64,000 nt of DNA from Fervidobacterium sp. (GCA_049970055.1 JBMFNR010000001.1:352001-416000), one strand, 5' to 3'; numbered from the stretch's first letter, positions 30,747 to 41,654 are shown. Notes: generated by a model not told the origin, from the letters alone. Translations and numbers: made by a program.

Positions 30747-33700
30747 TTACAGCTTTTCAATATCTATTTCATTGCCGTGTTCATCGTAAACTCTCACGTC
30801 TAATGCAAGACCTTTAAGTTCGCGCACGAGCACTTTGAAACTTTCAGGTAATCCAGGTTCGGGCAAGTTTCTCCCTTTCATTATCGCCTTATAAACTTCC
30901 GTTCTTCCCTTTATATCGTCACTTTTTACCGTTAACATTTCATTGAGCGTGTACGATGCACCGTATGCTTCAAGAGCCCAAACTTCCATTTCACCAAACC
31001 TTTGACCGCCGAATTGTGCTTTACCACCAAGTGGTTGTTGGTGTATTAGTGAGTAAGGACCTGTTGCACGTGCGTGAATCTTATCCCTGGCTATGTGTAT
31101 AAGTTTCATGATGTACATGTAGCCAACCAACACTGGAAAATCGAATTCCTTACCCGTCCTACCATCTCTAAGTGTTACCTTTCCAGATGAATTCTCTGGG
31201 TCATCACCGTAATGCAGATTCACTGACTTTCTAACTCTGTACAATTCCGGCAATATATCCTCCTCTTTTGCACCGTCGAAAACCGGTGTTGCGAAGTATC
31301 TGTTTGTTAATTTAGCAAGCCACCCGAGTGATGTTTCGAGTACTTGCCCGATATTCATACGTGACGGGACACCGAGAGGACTAAGGACTACTTGGACAGG
31401 TGTACCATCTGGCAAGAATGGCATATCTTCCTTCGGTAGAATCATCGATACAACACCTTTGTTACCATGCCTACCAGCAAGTTTGTCACCAACATCAAGA
31501 GGTTTTCTCGTTGCAAGGTAAACTCTGATAAGCGTGTTAACCCCGGGTCCAAGTTCTCCGACCTCTTCCTTATGGAAAACGTGAACACCTATAACTCTTC
31601 CTTCAACCCCGTGAGGAACTCTAAGTGACGAATCTTTTACATCTTTACCTTTTTCACCAAATACTGACCTCATAATCTTTTCTTCAGGGCTTGCATCACT
31701 TTCACCTTTTGGTGTTACTTTGCCAACAAGTATGTCTTGCGACGTAAAGTATTTTTGCTTACCCACGTATGCACCAACTCTGATTATGCCGTTTTCATCA
31801 AGGTTTCTCAAGTTTTCCTTTGAAACATTTGGTATTTCAGACGTAATTTCTTCCGGACCAACTCTTGTTTCTCTAGCCGTGGTTTCATAGACTTCTATGT
31901 GAACTGAGGTGAATGTATCTTCTTCAAGAAGTTCTTCGCTAACTAGTATAGCATCTTCAAAGTTGTAACCTTCCCATGGTAAGAAAGCCACTAGGACATT
32001 CTTACCAAGCGCTAATTCACCATTGTCGGTAGCTGGACCATCTGCAATTGGCGTACCCTTTTTAACAAAATCCCCGGCATTTACGATAGGTCTTTGATTG
32101 ATACAGGTATCTTGGTTTGATCTAACATACTTTAAAAGTGCATATTCATCAACGATCGGGTTGCCTTTCTTATCGTACATTGGCTGACCGTTTTCGTCGG
32201 TTCTGTGTATTATTATCTTCCTTGCATCCACTTTTTTAACGATACCATCGTATTTAGCTAAGATAACGTGACCCGAGTAAATGGCAGCATAGTATTCCAT
32301 TCCGGTTCCTACTAATGGCGCTTCGGGTTTTATAACAGGCACAGCTTGTCTTTGCATGTTTGAACCCATTAAGGCACGGTTAGCATCATCGTGTTCCAGG
32401 AATGGAATAAGCGATGTTGTTACACTCACAATTTGCTTTGGTGAGATATCTATGAGATCAATTTCTGAGCTATTAACATACAAAATCTTTTCGAGGTATC
32501 TAACTGGGACTTTTTCTTGTAAGATCTTTCCATTCTCATCGATCTTTATGGTTGAAGATGCTATTTTATAGTTTTCTTCTTCGTCGGCCGCAAGGTAAAC
32601 AACTTCGTTAGTCAATTTTCCGTCCACAACTTTTCTATACGGAGTTACCAAAAATCCAAACTTGTCTATTGTGGCGTAAACTGATAAAGATGTTATAAGA
32701 CCAATGTTACCACCTTCCGGTGTTTCAATAGGACACATTCTTCCATAGTGAGAGTGGTGAACGTCACGTACTTCGAACCTTGCTCTTTCCCTTTTCAAAC
32801 CGCCAGGTCCAACCGCAGTTAGCCTTCTTTTGTGTGTTAACTCAGCAATTGGGTTAACTTGGTCCATAAATTGAGAAAGTGGGTTTGTTGCAAAAAAGCT
32901 ATTGAGAGAAGCGATAACATTTCTTAAATTGACTAAACTTGGAATGGATATTTTATCAAGACTTGTATAGGTAGCTAGTTTTTCCTGAATTTGGTGTATT
33001 GCTTTGGAAAAAGCTCTCTCGAATTCGGACCCAATTAACTCCCCAACCGTCTTGACTCTTTTATTTGCGAGATGATCTTTTGTATCAAGCGTTTCGGGAT
33101 GCTTTTCGGTCTCTAATAGCATCCTAACAACGAGTATTACATCCATGGGGGTCAAAGCATTATATTTTTCTTCATACTCAACATTTGCAACACTTTTTTG
33201 AGATTGTCCCTCTATTTCAACCAAGTATTTTCTGTAAGCATTTGTAAGTTTCTTATTCATTTTATAGCGTCCGACTTCGGACAATTCAAATCTTTCATCG
33301 TTAAAGTAGAGATTATTCCAGTACGACTTAGCAGCGTTGTATCTGAATACCTCACCAGGTCTTAATTCCTTGTATATCTCCATGTACGCTCGTAATTCGC
33401 TGATATTTTCCTCCATCGACATTTTCAATCTTTCTTTCAATTTAACATAAGTTTTGAAAACGTATTTATTAACAACTTTTATTTTCTCAACACCATGTTC
33501 TCTTAAAATGTCAACTAACGTGCTTGTCAGCACTGAACCTTTCTGAGCAAGCATTTCACCATTTTTCGATACCACATTTTCGAGAATAATTATACCTTCC
33601 GCTTGTTTTAGCGAATAGTCATCATCTACATCTAGATATGTTGGAAAGAGCGAGAGTATATCTATGTCATTTTGAAGTCCTAAGGTTTTTAAAACAAGAA

Positions 33701-34295
33701 AAAGGTTAAGTCTTCTTCTCCTATCGATTCTTGCATATAGTGTCTCATCGTTCAGGTTAAGCATTATTTCAAGCCACACACCACGCACAGGGAGAAAGTG
33801 AGCAAGATATATGGGTTTTGCTCCTATGTTTTTAGTGGGTTCCTCAACAAAATACACTCCAGGGCTTCGTACAAGTTGACTCACAACAACTCTTTCAACA
33901 CCATTGATAACAAAAGTTTGATTTTCAGTCATGATTGGATAATTACCAAGTGAAACCTCTTCTTCCCTCATCTCACCAGTTGAGATGTCTGTAACTCTAA
34001 CCGTTGCGTAGAATGGAGCAACGTAAGTTAAAAGCCTTTGTTTACATTCTTCAACAGAGTGGAGAGGTTGCCCAACTCTAAAATTAACGAACTCGAGATT
34101 AAATCCTTTGTCTCTCCGGCCCTCGACTTTGGTGGAAGTAATGGGACTGAACTTTTTTAATATTCTCAGTATACCGCTACTTAAGAGTTCTTCGAAGGAC
34201 TTTCTTTGGATTTCAACAAGGTCGGGAACTTCAACGATCTCATCAACCTTACCGAAGGAATATCTTGTCCTCTTACCAACCTGGTAGGTTTTCAT
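30747..34295 (-). CDS. rpoB: RNA polymerase beta subunit
   Basis: [47 protein letters not shown]; start moved to ATG 34295 behind GAGGTG. Confidence 0.99.
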   Translation of the reverse strand: MKTYQVGKRTRYSFGKVDEIVEVPDLVEIQRKSFEELLSSGILRILKKFSPITSTKVEGRRDKGFNLEFVNFRVGQPLHSVEECKQRLLTYVAPFYATVRVTDISTGEMREEEVSLGNYPIMTENQTFVINGVERVVVSQLVRSPGVYFVEEPTKNIGAKPIYLAHFLPVRGVWLEIMLNLNDETLYARIDRRRRLNLFLVLKTLGLQNDIDILSLFPTYLDVDDDYSLKQAEGIIILENVVSKNGEMLAQKGSVLTSTLVDILREHGVEKIKVVNKYVFKTYVKLKERLKMSMEENISELRAYMEIYKELRPGEVFRYNAAKSYWNNLYFNDERFELSEVGRYKMNKKLTNAYRKYLVEIEGQSQKSVANVEYEEKYNALTPMDVILVVRMLLETEKHPETLDTKDHLANKRVKTVGELIGSEFERAFSKAIHQIQEKLATYTSLDKISIPSLVNLRNVIASLNSFFATNPLSQFMDQVNPIAELTHKRRLTAVGPGGLKRERARFEVRDVHHSHYGRMCPIETPEGGNIGLITSLSVYATIDKFGFLVTPYRKVVDGKLTNEVVYLAADEEENYKIASSTIKIDENGKILQEKVPVRYLEKILYVNSSEIDLIDISPKQIVSVTTSLIPFLEHDDANRALMGSNMQRQAVPVIKPEAPLVGTGMEYYAAIYSGHVILAKYDGIVKKVDARKIIIHRTDENGQPMYDKKGNPIVDEYALLKYVRSNQDTCINQRPIVNAGDFVKKGTPIADGPATDNGELALGKNVLVAFLPWEGYNFEDAILVSEELLEEDTFTSVHIEVYETTARETRVGPEEITSEIPNVSKENLRNLDENGIIRVGAYVGKQKYFTSQDILVGKVTPKGESDASPEEKIMRSVFGEKGKDVKDSSLRVPHGVEGRVIGVHVFHKEEVGELGPGVNTLIRVYLATRKPLDVGDKLAGRHGNKGVVSMILPKEDMPFLPDGTPVQVVLSPLGVPSRMNIGQVLETSLGWLAKLTNRYFATPVFDGAKEEDILPELYRVRKSVNLHYGDDPENSSGKVTLRDGRTGKEFDFPVLVGYMYIMKLIHIARDKIHARATGPYSLIHQQPLGGKAQFGGQRFGEMEVWALEAYGASYTLNEMLTVKSDDIKGRTEVYKAIMKGRNLPEPGLPESFKVLVRELKGLALDVRVYDEHGNEIDIEKL

Positions 34296-34392
34296 CTCAT
34301 CACCTCTTCCTCTATCATTACACAATGGATGGAAATTTCAATTTGCGGGGAAAAAGAATGGTAAATAATAAGCCAATTATATATTAAACCAT

Positions 34393-34427
34393 AAAAACCC
34401 CGCACTGTACAGTATCGTGCGGGGTTT
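34393..34427 (-). terminator. terminator/attenuator between rplL and rpoB
   Basis: AAACCCCGCAC...GTGCGGGGTTTTT on the minus strand. Confidence 0.8.
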
Positions 34428-34459
34428 GATACATAATATTATCTATTTTGAAACCTATG

Positions 34460-34843
34460 TTACTTTATTTCAACTTCTCCACCGACTTCTGTAATCTTTT
34501 TCTTAATTTCTTCCGCTTCTTCTTTCTTTACGCCTTGTTTGATGAATGCATCAGCTGCTCCGGCTTTTTCTACAAGATCCTTTGCTTCCTTAAGTCCAAG
34601 ACCTGTGATTTCTCTTACAACCTTAATAACTTCAACTTTCTTTGCACCAAAGCTCTTGAGGAGAACATCAAATGTGTCCTTTTCTTCTACTGCTGCTGCA
34701 GGAGCTGCTGCTGCAACTGGCATTGCTGCCATTACTGGAGCTGCTGCACTAACACCGAATCTTTCTTCTAACATCTTTACGAGCTCTGCAAGTTCTGCAA
34801 CTGTCAAGCTTTCAATAGCCTTTACAAGTTCTTCCAATGTCAT
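34460..34843 (-). CDS. rplL: 50S ribosomal protein L7/L12
   Basis: Ala-rich hinge, [22 protein letters not shown] behind GGAGGTG. Confidence 0.97.
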   Translation of the reverse strand: MTLEELVKAIESLTVAELAELVKMLEERFGVSAAAPVMAAMPVAAAAPAAAVEEKDTFDVLLKSFGAKKVEVIKVVREITGLGLKEAKDLVEKAGAADAFIKQGVKKEEAEEIKKKITEVGGEVEIK

Positions 34844-34891
34844 AATATACACCTCCGTTTTAATAGTTAGCTTTAGTAGTTAAATTTCTAT

Positions 34892-35437
34892 TCACTGTTT
34901 TTCCTTTTGCTCTTTAATTGCATTAAGAGCGTACAATACGCTTCTAAGAACACCGGCAAGAGAATTAACAAGCCCACGAATGGGACCTTGTATACCACCA
35001 ACGACCATGGCGAGAAGTTGTTCTCTTGATGGTAGTTTGGAGAGTTCCTCAACTTGTTCCCCAGAGAAGAACTTTCTTTCAAGGAATAGACCTTTGCATA
35101 CGGGTGTACCCTTGTTCTCTTTAACGAAGTTGTAGTATACTTTTATGGCTTCAACTGGATCTCCCTCGGTAACGTAAAGAACAGCTGTGGGTCCGAAAAA
35201 TACGCTACTGTGTGTTTCAACCTCGTAACCTGCTTCTTTTAGAGCCATTTTCAAGAGTGTGTTTTTAACAACTGTTAATCTTGCTCCACTTCCAATCTTT
35301 TCTCTTAATGCTCTTCTAAGTTTTGTCATCTGGGCAACTGTCAAACCTCTAAAATCTGTGAAAAGAACAAGTGATGAATTTCGAAGTTCTTCTGTCAGCT
35401 CTTGCACGAGCTTTTCCTTTTCAGGTCTTCTAAGCAC
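34892..35437 (-). CDS. rplJ: 50S ribosomal protein L10
   Basis: DFRGLTVAQMTKLRR, VVKNTLL, GPTA, LPSREQLLA. Confidence 0.97.
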   Translation of the reverse strand: MLRRPEKEKLVQELTEELRNSSLVLFTDFRGLTVAQMTKLRRALREKIGSGARLTVVKNTLLKMALKEAGYEVETHSSVFFGPTAVLYVTEGDPVEAIKVYYNFVKENKGTPVCKGLFLERKFFSGEQVEELSKLPSREQLLAMVVGGIQGPIRGLVNSLAGVLRSVLYALNAIKEQKEKQ

Positions 35438-35460
35438 ATCTTCACCTCCAATCCGTTATG

Positions 35461-35581
35461 AAAAGAAAAAAATGCCTCTTGTCGAGGCATACCAAAAGAG
35501 AACGTCAATAACTCTTGACAGATCCCTTTTGTGCCTCCTGCAGGCGCTCTTAAGAGCTTTTTTATACCTGCATTCTTCGGC
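35461..35581 (-). ncRNA. L10 ribosomal protein leader with terminator hairpin
   Basis: minus strand GCCGAAGAATGCAGG...CCTGCAGGAGGC matches the L10_leader core; followed by ATGCCTC-GACAA-GAGGCAT and a U tract, just upstream of rplJ. Confidence 0.85.
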
Positions 35582-35648
35582 TATATCACTGGTATTTTAC
35601 CAGATATAAAGGATTGTTGGTGAATAGAATGTAACAAAATAATGAAAA

Positions 35649-37418
35649 CTAATAAACTTTAAGAGAGGGAGGAATATTTGAGAGCCAAAGTGCCAACGTT
35701 GTACCTTCCGGTGTTAATTCAAAATCGTACTTATCAACGTATAAACCTTTGTTATATATTTTAACTGGTAAATTGTTCTTTTGTGCGAGGGAATAAACCT
35801 GCTTGATTGTCCATCCTCGCAAATTCAAGTTTTGCGTATCGTTTAATATTTTTTGGCTTCGGCTTTCTGATATATAGCTCATCAGCTCTTGAACTACATT
35901 TTTAAAAAATGGTGCTGCGACTACACTACTTAATTTTTCTATCTGAGGAGAGTCTACCCATACCAAGATAGAGTATTTTTGATCCAATTCAACTTGACCA
36001 ACAAACAGAGCGGTTACATCTTTTTTCCGATTTTTCTGGGCGGTCCCGGTCTTACCATATATATTAACCCCGTCCAACTTTGCATTTATTCCTGTTCCAA
36101 TGTTCACAACATCAAGCAACATATTTTTAACGATCTGTGAGGTGGCTTGTGAAATAATCCGTTTTGATAGAACTTGCTTAGAATCATCTAATGTGGGTGA
36201 AACGTAAACGCCGTTATTAACAATTGAATTGAAGGCCGCAAGTAACTGAAGAGGTGTAACCCCAATCGATTGTCCAATTCCTATAAAAGCCCAATCTGCG
36301 AGATACCATTTATCTGGCGGATTCAACTTTCCTGGAATTTCACCGGGAAGTTCGATGCCTGTTTCTTTACCGAAACCAAAGCTTGACAATATTTCATAGA
36401 GTTTTTCCTTACCGAATGTATCAACAATTTTTTTCGTCGTCAGTATGGAAACAACATTGCAAGAGTGAACTAAACCATGGTAAAGATCGATGTCGCCATG
36501 CTTTTCGAGATCTTTAATTGTTAAACTCAGTCCATCAATTGGTTTTATGTATCCTGGGCAATAGAAATGCGTGTCAGTAGTCACCAGTCCAAGTTCGAGG
36601 GCAGCAGCAAACAAGATAGGTTTTATCGTTGATCCTGGCTCAAAGTACCCCATATAATACGTGGGCCAACTTTGAGTTGTGAGCGCGACACGTATTTTTC
36701 CTGTTTCACTTTCCATAATCAGTATACCAACTTCGCTAGCTTGCTTTTCCCCCAAATAATTTTTTGCAAACTCATACAATTTTTTTTGAAGAGCACTATC
36801 TATCGATAACCTAACATCTTTACCGTTTTCTGGATCTATCCTTGTTGTGCCTATTTTACTACCTATGAATCCTGAATACTTCACAGATGTTACACCGTCT
36901 CTAATAGGTCGTAGAATCTTGTCAAAGTACATTTCTGCTCCACTGGTGCCTACTCTCTCTTCAGTACGACCGATTATAAAATTCAGTCCAAAGTTTTGAA
37001 CAGAAACTCTTCGCTCTTCTGGTTCTATACTCACAAACCTCAGGTATTGTGTTGGTATTTTTTTTTGGATCTCATCTCTTTTAGAGAATGATCCTAACTT
37101 AACCATATTTTTTTTCTCTATATCTCCGAACTTTTCTACCAGGCCAAAATTTGAAAGCATCTTTATAAAATCCGGATCGCGTTTAAATGCGGTTCCGGCA
37201 ATTGATTTCAAATATCCTACATCCAGATATGCAGCATAAACGATTTCACTTGTTGCAAGTAAACGGCCTTTTGTATCGTAGATACTGCCACGCAATGCTG
37301 GTATCTTAGCTGATATGGCATACTGATTAGTGTATATATTGTTCCAAATTTTGAACACTAATATAGGTAATATTATCAAGAATAATGCAAGAACGATTTT
37401 GTATCGACTGTTGTTCAA
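35649..37418 (-). CDS. class B penicillin-binding protein (FtsI-like)
   Basis: N-terminal TM segment, RGSIYD, EPGSTIK (SxxK), SCN, KTGTAQ; follows rsmH-ftsL. Confidence 0.9.
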   Translation of the reverse strand: MNNSRYKIVLALFLIILPILVFKIWNNIYTNQYAISAKIPALRGSIYDTKGRLLATSEIVYAAYLDVGYLKSIAGTAFKRDPDFIKMLSNFGLVEKFGDIEKKNMVKLGSFSKRDEIQKKIPTQYLRFVSIEPEERRVSVQNFGLNFIIGRTEERVGTSGAEMYFDKILRPIRDGVTSVKYSGFIGSKIGTTRIDPENGKDVRLSIDSALQKKLYEFAKNYLGEKQASEVGILIMESETGKIRVALTTQSWPTYYMGYFEPGSTIKPILFAAALELGLVTTDTHFYCPGYIKPIDGLSLTIKDLEKHGDIDLYHGLVHSCNVVSILTTKKIVDTFGKEKLYEILSSFGFGKETGIELPGEIPGKLNPPDKWYLADWAFIGIGQSIGVTPLQLLAAFNSIVNNGVYVSPTLDDSKQVLSKRIISQATSQIVKNMLLDVVNIGTGINAKLDGVNIYGKTGTAQKNRKKDVTALFVGQVELDQKYSILVWVDSPQIEKLSSVVAAPFFKNVVQELMSYISESRSQKILNDTQNLNLRGWTIKQVYSLAQKNNLPVKIYNKGLYVDKYDFELTPEGTTLALWLSNIPPSLKVY

Positions 37419-37675
37419 TTTATTACATCACATCCTAATATAACCTTCGAAATTTCAAGGTCTACCACCTGTTCTTGCTGTTGAATAATAATTAAGTTCT
37501 TTCTGTATTGTTCCAATTCGGTATTCATCGCAATAATACGCTGATTCAAAATGTACGTTCCAAAGACTATCAATAGCAATAATATAAAAGGAAGCATATA
37601 CTTTAACAAACCAAGACTAACTTGACTCTCTTTCTCTAATACAACGCTTCTCTGTTTTGATCTGACCAGAGTCAT
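37415..37675 (-). CDS. ftsL: FtsL-like cell division protein
   Basis: bitopic TM plus coiled coil, at the canonical position between rsmH and the PBP. Confidence 0.65.
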   Translation of the reverse strand: MTLVRSKQRSVVLEKESQVSLGLLKYMLPFILLLLIVFGTYILNQRIIAMNTELEQYRKNLIIIQQQEQVVDLEISKVILGCDVIN

Positions 37676-37686
37676 ACCTTATCCCC

Positions 37687-38698
37687 CTCCGCTCCGCTAA
37701 ATTGATAAGTTACCAATAACTAGTGATATGTTAAATCACTCCGCTAAGCTGTTTAGCAAAAATTGCTAAATGTTGCTTGAAATAGGTTTCAAATTCAAAT
37801 TCTCTCGGCGATTCTTAGCTTTGCACTCCTTGATCTTGGATTCTCCGCTATTTCATAAGGTGAAGGGCTTATAAAATCACCTATAACTCTTAATCTCCTA
37901 TCATTTTTAAAAGCGTGTTTGACTAGTCTATCTTCGAGTGAGTGGAAAGAAATTATAACTAACCTACCACCAGGACTCAAATACTCTGGTGCAAATTCAA
38001 GAAACTTAGATATATTTTCCAACTCTTTATTGACTTCAATTCTTATTGCCTGAAATGTTTTTGTAGCGAAGTGCCTCTTTCTATTATGCACTTCTTTATA
38101 GGGAAGTGCCTTTCTAATGGTTTCAACAAGTTGTTTGGTTGAATGGATAGGGCGATTTTGCACTATACTCTTGGCAATTCTGCGTGCAAAATTCTCCTCA
38201 CCATAGTTATATATAATCTCTGCTAATTTTCCTTCAGGGTAGGTATTTACAACATGGTAGGCAGTAAGTTCATTTTCCAAATTCATCCTCATATCGAGTT
38301 GTTCGTCCTGGTTAAACGAAAAACCTCTACCTTCTGCTTTAAGTTGATAGGTAGAGACCCCTAAATCAACAAGGAGTCCATCGACCTTATGGACTTGTAA
38401 TAAATTCAGCAAGACGGGTAATTCCACGTAGGAGAATTTGTAGAGCTGCACATTCGGATAGGCTTCAAGATTTCGCTCCGCTATTTGTAATACTTCACTG
38501 TCAACATCAATACCGATAACCCTACCACCGCTTGATAATATCCGCTCCGCTATCGCTTGAGTATGTCCACCCTCTCCTACCGTACAATCCACGTACACCC
38601 CGTCCGGCTTTACAATCAGATTTTCAACCACTTCATTCAACAGTACCGGGATGTGACGTTCGTTATATACTCTATTCATCTACTCTCCGCTCCGCTAA
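37687..38698 (-). repeat. six co-oriented TAGCGGAG motifs
   Basis: plus-strand CTCCGCTA at 37692, 37739, 37843, 38476, 38545 and 38690; 14-bp CTCCGCTCCGCTAA identical at 37687 and 38685. Confidence 0.85.
37795..38679 (-). CDS. rsmH: 16S rRNA m4C1402 methyltransferase (MraW)
   Basis: HIPVLL, DCTVGEGGH, DLGVST.Q, LDMRM, FQAIRIEVN, ISFHSLED, NPRSRSAKLR. Confidence 0.97.
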   Translation of the reverse strand: MNRVYNERHIPVLLNEVVENLIVKPDGVYVDCTVGEGGHTQAIAERILSSGGRVIGIDVDSEVLQIAERNLEAYPNVQLYKFSYVELPVLLNLLQVHKVDGLLVDLGVSTYQLKAEGRGFSFNQDEQLDMRMNLENELTAYHVVNTYPEGKLAEIIYNYGEENFARRIAKSIVQNRPIHSTKQLVETIRKALPYKEVHNRKRHFATKTFQAIRIEVNKELENISKFLEFAPEYLSPGGRLVIISFHSLEDRLVKHAFKNDRRLRVIGDFISPSPYEIAENPRSRSAKLRIAERI

Positions 38699-38906
38699 TT
38701 TAGAAAAAGACTATTCACATTCTAGAACAAACGATGCGTATTTTGCAATTTTTTTATAAAATTCTTATATGTTTTAAAGTCCTTTATTTATAATATTTTA
38801 TGGCACTTTTCTAAATTATACTAAAGTATAGTAAAATTTAACATATGCGTAATAAGTAATTAGCCAACAACTTACACCGTAAGAGTGACCAAGTAGGGGA
38901 AAAATG

Positions 38907-38941
38907 AAAAAATAGATGGTAGCTAAGACGCTACCATCTAT
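38907..38941 (-). terminator. intrinsic terminator after arcC
   Basis: ATAGATGGTAGC/GCTACCATCTAT 12-bp stem followed by a T tract on the minus strand. Confidence 0.8.
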
Positions 38942-38950
38942 ATTATTCAT

Positions 38951-39886
38951 TTATGGAACAATTCGTGTCCCGGTTTCTCCATTTAAAGCTTTATCAAGAA
39001 CAGCCATGTCAGTTATAATACATTCTCTTCCAGTCGAGGAAACAAAATCGATAGCTGCTTCTATCTTTGGCCCCATGCTTCCTGCTGGGAATTGTCCTTC
39101 TTCAAGGTACTTTTTGGCCTCTTGAACCGTTAATTTATCAACCTCGAATTGATCTGGTTTTTTGTAATTTATGCAAACCTTTTCTACACCCGTGAGAATT
39201 ATAAGCACATCTGCATCGATTTCTTTCGCGAGAAGAGCACTTGCACGATCTTTATCTATAACTGCTTCGACTCCTCTTATAGTTCCATTTTCTTTTATTA
39301 CCGGTATTCCACCCCCACCAGCTGCAATGACGATAACATCATTTTTAACCAACATCTTGATAATATCCTTTTCGATTATATCAAGTGGGATAGGCGACGG
39401 TACAACCCTTCTGTATCCTCTTCCGGCATCTTCTTTCATAATCCAACCTTTTTCCTGAGTAAGTTTCTCGGCCTCCTGTTGGGAGTAGAATGGCCCAACT
39501 GGTTTCGAAGGCTTTTCGAACGCTGGATCATTTTTATCAACCTCTATCTGCGTTACTATTGCGGCTATCTTTCTTTCGATGTTTCTTTTCCTTAATTCGT
39601 TTTCAAGAGCTAGTGCTATCATGTAACCGAGGCTACCTTGTGTTTGAGCATCATTTACATCGAGTGGAAATGGTGGTATCACATGTTTAGCAAGGTCTTG
39701 CTGAACAAGTAAGTTTCCAACTTGTGGTCCGTTACCATGTGTAATGATTATGTCGTATTCGTCAAGCATAGCAGCAAGATAATGAGCGGTTTCGGACAGA
39801 TTCTTAATCATATTTTCTGCCGTTGGCTCTTCGCCTGGCCTGTTAACAGCGTTTCCACCGATAGCTACAACTGCGAGTTTTTTCAT
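38951..39886 (-). CDS. arcC: carbamate kinase
   Basis: AIGGNA, THGNGPQVG, PSKPVGPFY, GYRRVVPSP, GGGGIPV, EAVIDKD, GSMGPK. Confidence 0.95.
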   Translation of the reverse strand: MKKLAVVAIGGNAVNRPGEEPTAENMIKNLSETAHYLAAMLDEYDIIITHGNGPQVGNLLVQQDLAKHVIPPFPLDVNDAQTQGSLGYMIALALENELRKRNIERKIAAIVTQIEVDKNDPAFEKPSKPVGPFYSQQEAEKLTQEKGWIMKEDAGRGYRRVVPSPIPLDIIEKDIIKMLVKNDVIVIAAGGGGIPVIKENGTIRGVEAVIDKDRASALLAKEIDADVLIILTGVEKVCINYKKPDQFEVDKLTVQEAKKYLEEGQFPAGSMGPKIEAAIDFVSSTGRECIITDMAVLDKALNGETGTRIVP

Positions 39887-39916
39887 TTTCCACACCTCTT
39901 TTCTATATTCAAGATT

Positions 39917-40798
39917 TTAAGAAATGGCTATTGCCAAGGCAATTGAAGCAAATTTTGAATCGCTCGTATCCGCGCGAGAGATTACTATAACAGGAACTTT
40001 TGCACCAGCGATTATACCAGCTATTCTGCCATTTGCAAAGTACACCGCTGATTTACCAAGAAAGTTGCCACTATGTATATCGGGAACCACTAAAATATCA
40101 GCGTGGCCAGCAACTTCGCCCTTTACCCCCTTTACCTCAGCGGCGTATATGCTTAATGCATTGTCTATTCCGAGTGGACCATCGACTTTACAATTTTTTA
40201 TTTGCCCTCTTTCATTCATCTTGGCCAGAAGTGCTGCTTCTAGTGTTTCAGGCATATCTGGGTTGACTGTTTCTACCGCTGCGATAACACCAACTTTTGG
40301 CATTTCGTAACCAAGTCTTCGCGCAACATCTATGGCATTTTGTATGATTTGAACTTTTTGCTCAAGAGTTGGGCGAATCACCATACCACCATCCGTTATA
40401 AAGATCAGCCTGTTTAAACCTGGAACTTCCACAACTGCAACATGAGATAGGAGTCTTTCCGTCCTCAGTCCATATTCTTTATCAAGAACAGCTTTTAAAA
40501 AAGTTGAGGTTTTTACCAGTCCTTTCATAACTATATGTGCTTTACCTTCAACAACGCTTTTGATAGCTTGTTTCGATGCTTCTTCCTCTGTAGAACAATC
40601 TACAATTGGGAATTCAACACCGATTTCTTCCAAATTTTTCTCGATAATTTCCTTCTTTCCAAAGAGTATTGCCGAAACACCAAGCTCACTTGCCTCTTTA
40701 ACTGCCTTTATTGCCTCTTTATCTTCTGCACCTGCTATGGCGATAACTTTACCTCTTCCCTTTGCTAATTCGATGATATCATCAAGACTTCTAAGCAT
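39917..40798 (-). CDS. ptb: phosphate butyryltransferase / phosphate acyltransferase
   Basis: MKGLVKT..FLKAVL, LLSHV, TDGGM...P, AAVETVN, DGPL.IDNA, GNFLGK, SRAD. Confidence 0.85.
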   Translation of the reverse strand: MLRSLDDIIELAKGRGKVIAIAGAEDKEAIKAVKEASELGVSAILFGKKEIIEKNLEEIGVEFPIVDCSTEEEASKQAIKSVVEGKAHIVMKGLVKTSTFLKAVLDKEYGLRTERLLSHVAVVEVPGLNRLIFITDGGMVIRPTLEQKVQIIQNAIDVARRLGYEMPKVGVIAAVETVNPDMPETLEAALLAKMNERGQIKNCKVDGPLGIDNALSIYAAEVKGVKGEVAGHADILVVPDIHSGNFLGKSAVYFANGRIAGIIAGAKVPVIVISRADTSDSKFASIALAIAIS

Positions 40799-40826
40799 AA
40801 TGTACCCTCCTATCGTTGTAGAATGT

Positions 40827-41654
40827 TTATTGAAGGATTTTCGCAGCAGTGCATATGTAGGTCATTGTAAGTAACGCTTCAAAAATAACTTTATAATCTT
40901 CGTGAACAAGCCTTATTTTTCTACCATCTATGCGTTCAACCAAAGGCATCGAGGAGACTAAATCAGCCCTGAGTGTATCTGAAAACTCCACCACCATCTC
41001 AACCGGTTTATCAAACCTAAACACATCGAAGTCAGCCTTTTGCATATTAACAAGCCTTTTTGCGATGTCTTCTAATTCATCTAACAACCTTTTCATTGGT
41101 TTCATAATCGCGCTATGTCGTCCTATGGAAGTTTTTGTTTTTAAATAAAGTGCTTTTGGAATATAAGGCATAGTTTGTTCAATTAACTTATCGTCACCGA
41201 TGATACAACCAACGGGTACGTTAAATAAACCGCCAAATGCAGCATTTATAAGTGCTTCATTCATAAGTTTTCCATTGATCCAGATGTTATGTATAGAGGA
41301 ACTTGAATATGTGTGGTCCATATTTGCCTCGAGAGTACCAATACCAGCGTGATATCCGAAGAATACAATGTAATCAAACGAATTATCAATACCGTAAATC
41401 ATGTAATACTTTCTTATTCCGCCACTCACTAACTCTACGTTCGGAAATTCATCTGTGATTTCCCATGGAATGTTATCACCAAACGCATGGGAATCCACAA
41501 GGAGAATCTGTGAATCTTCTAATCCGTTTAAAAAAGCCTTAAGTTGTAATAACATAGGGTTTCTCTTGTAGTCGGAGGATTTTTTGTCAACATCGGACCA
41601 GTTTGTTACACCAGCTAACCCCTCAAAATCGAATGAAATAAATATTCTCGGCAT
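40827..41654 (-). CDS. dppA: M55 family D-aminopeptidase, DppA-like
   Basis: ISFDFEG, DSH, GYHA, HTYSS, NEA.INA, GDD. Confidence 0.88.
   Translation of the reverse strand: MPRIFISFDFEGLAGVTNWSDVDKKSSDYKRNPMLLQLKAFLNGLEDSQILLVDSHAFGDNIPWEITDEFPNVELVSGGIRKYYMIYGIDNSFDYIVFFGYHAGIGTLEANMDHTYSSSSIHNIWINGKLMNEALINAAFGGLFNVPVGCIIGDDKLIEQTMPYIPKALYLKTKTSIGRHSAIMKPMKRLLDELEDIAKRLVNMQKADFDVFRFDKPVEMVVEFSDTLRADLVSSMPLVERIDGRKIRLVHEDYKVIFEALLTMTYICTAAKILQ

Noticed and set aside
37752..37770. TTTAGCAA-AAA-TTGCTAAA hairpin as a terminator between rsmH and ftsL
   Set aside because: Weak AT-rich stem with no U tract; could be an operator but is unsupported on its own
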